From Mobula hypostoma (lineage: Eukaryota), in contig NC_086097.1 of the NCBI RefSeq assembly GCF_963921235.1, forward strand, positions 142,602,001 through 142,666,000: 64,000 nt of DNA. Reading direction: 5' to 3'. The notes beneath the pieces are model-generated. The model saw only the letters and a list, made by a program, of their open reading frames with translations, made no database searches and was not told the DNA's origin. Each line of letters starts with the position of its first letter. Positions within the stretch are counted from its first letter, which is position 1. Made by a program: the position numbers and the translations under genes. Below, one piece after another: positions 63,242 to 64,000 of the stretch.

Positions 63242-64000
63242 AAGATTCAAGATTGTTTAATGTCATTTTCAGTACAAAGTATAAACGAGAGCAAAATAAT
63301 TGTTACTCCAGTTCTGATGCAGAGGTAAAAAAACAATAAATACAAATAAATAAGATAGCTTATATACATAGATTGATTGTATGTCCATAAAGTGATGCTA
63401 GGCATAGGAGTGTCTGTACATAAGGTGACTGACAGGAAATGATAAAAGTAATGGTTGTGTAGGGGTGGGTTAGTGAGCAAAGGTGTTGATTAGCCTCAAT
63501 GCTAGGGAAAAATAACTGTTTTTGAGTCTGGCACGGATATTACATAGCCTCCCCCCGATGGGAGTGGGAAGAACAGTCCACAAACAGGGAGGATGGGTTC
63601 CATCATGTTACTGGCCCTCTTCCAGCACCTTTCTGTGTATATGTCTTTGATGGGGGGAGACTGGTGCCGGTGATGTGTTGGGCAGTTTTGACCTCCTGTT
63701 GTAGAGCCTTCCTGTCTGCTGCAGTACAGTTTCTGTACCATGCAGTGATACAGCATGTTGGGATGCTTACTACTTCTTCGCATCTGTAGAATGAAGTGAG
63801 TATAGATGTGTGTAGTCCAGCTCTCTTCAGCCTTCTTAGAAAGTAGAGGCATTGGTGAGCTTTCCTGATTTTGTGTGATGTGTCCTGGGACCACCATGAG
63901 AGGCTGAATGAGATGTGCACTCCTAGGAGTTTGAACCTGCTTGCAGTTTCCACGGTTGTGTCGCCAATGTAATGTGCTATGCAAGTGGTGCAAGTTCTCC
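63242..64000 (-). mobile_element. Rex1-type LINE 3' end
   Basis: Reads FKLLGVHIS...RKAHQCLYFLRRLKRAG...ITAWYRNCTAADRKALQ, with an (aagattc) tail. Confidence 0.85.

Noticed and set aside
1..64000. CRISPR array, operon or other prokaryotic defence system
   Set aside because: The window is spliced vertebrate DNA. No regularly spaced repeat-spacer array or bacterial gene organisation was seen.

Overview
Eukaryotic, repeat-rich vertebrate DNA. The CR1/Rex1/Penelope/Tc1 repeat landscape suggests a cartilaginous fish, probably a ray (inference). Two host genes face each other tail to tail: the last three coding exons of a p75NTR-like death-domain receptor (NRADD/NRH1, + strand, 17078-18899) and the last exons of SETD2 encoding the SRI domain (- strand, 58629 to 45210). 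This matches the NRADD-SETD2 neighbourhood known from human 3p21. Most of the rest is decayed, often nested transposons (CR1, Rex1/Babar, HERO-like, Penelope, Tc1, Tigger/pogo, hAT, Chapaev3, tRNA-SINEs). The most notable signals found by manual reading are: (1) a decayed paramyxovirus-like nucleoprotein endogenous viral element at about 428-1948 (-), split by a LINE and rejoinable in frame; (2) a decayed multi-exon gene of unknown identity between SETD2 and NRADD (-, about 44270 to 21738); (3) an intact minimal hammerhead ribozyme in a Penelope-derived palindrome at 11788-11827; (4) a candidate extra 69-nt SETD2 exon. All family assignments come from recalled motifs, not from searches. Transposon boundaries without a cited TSD or TIR are approximate.
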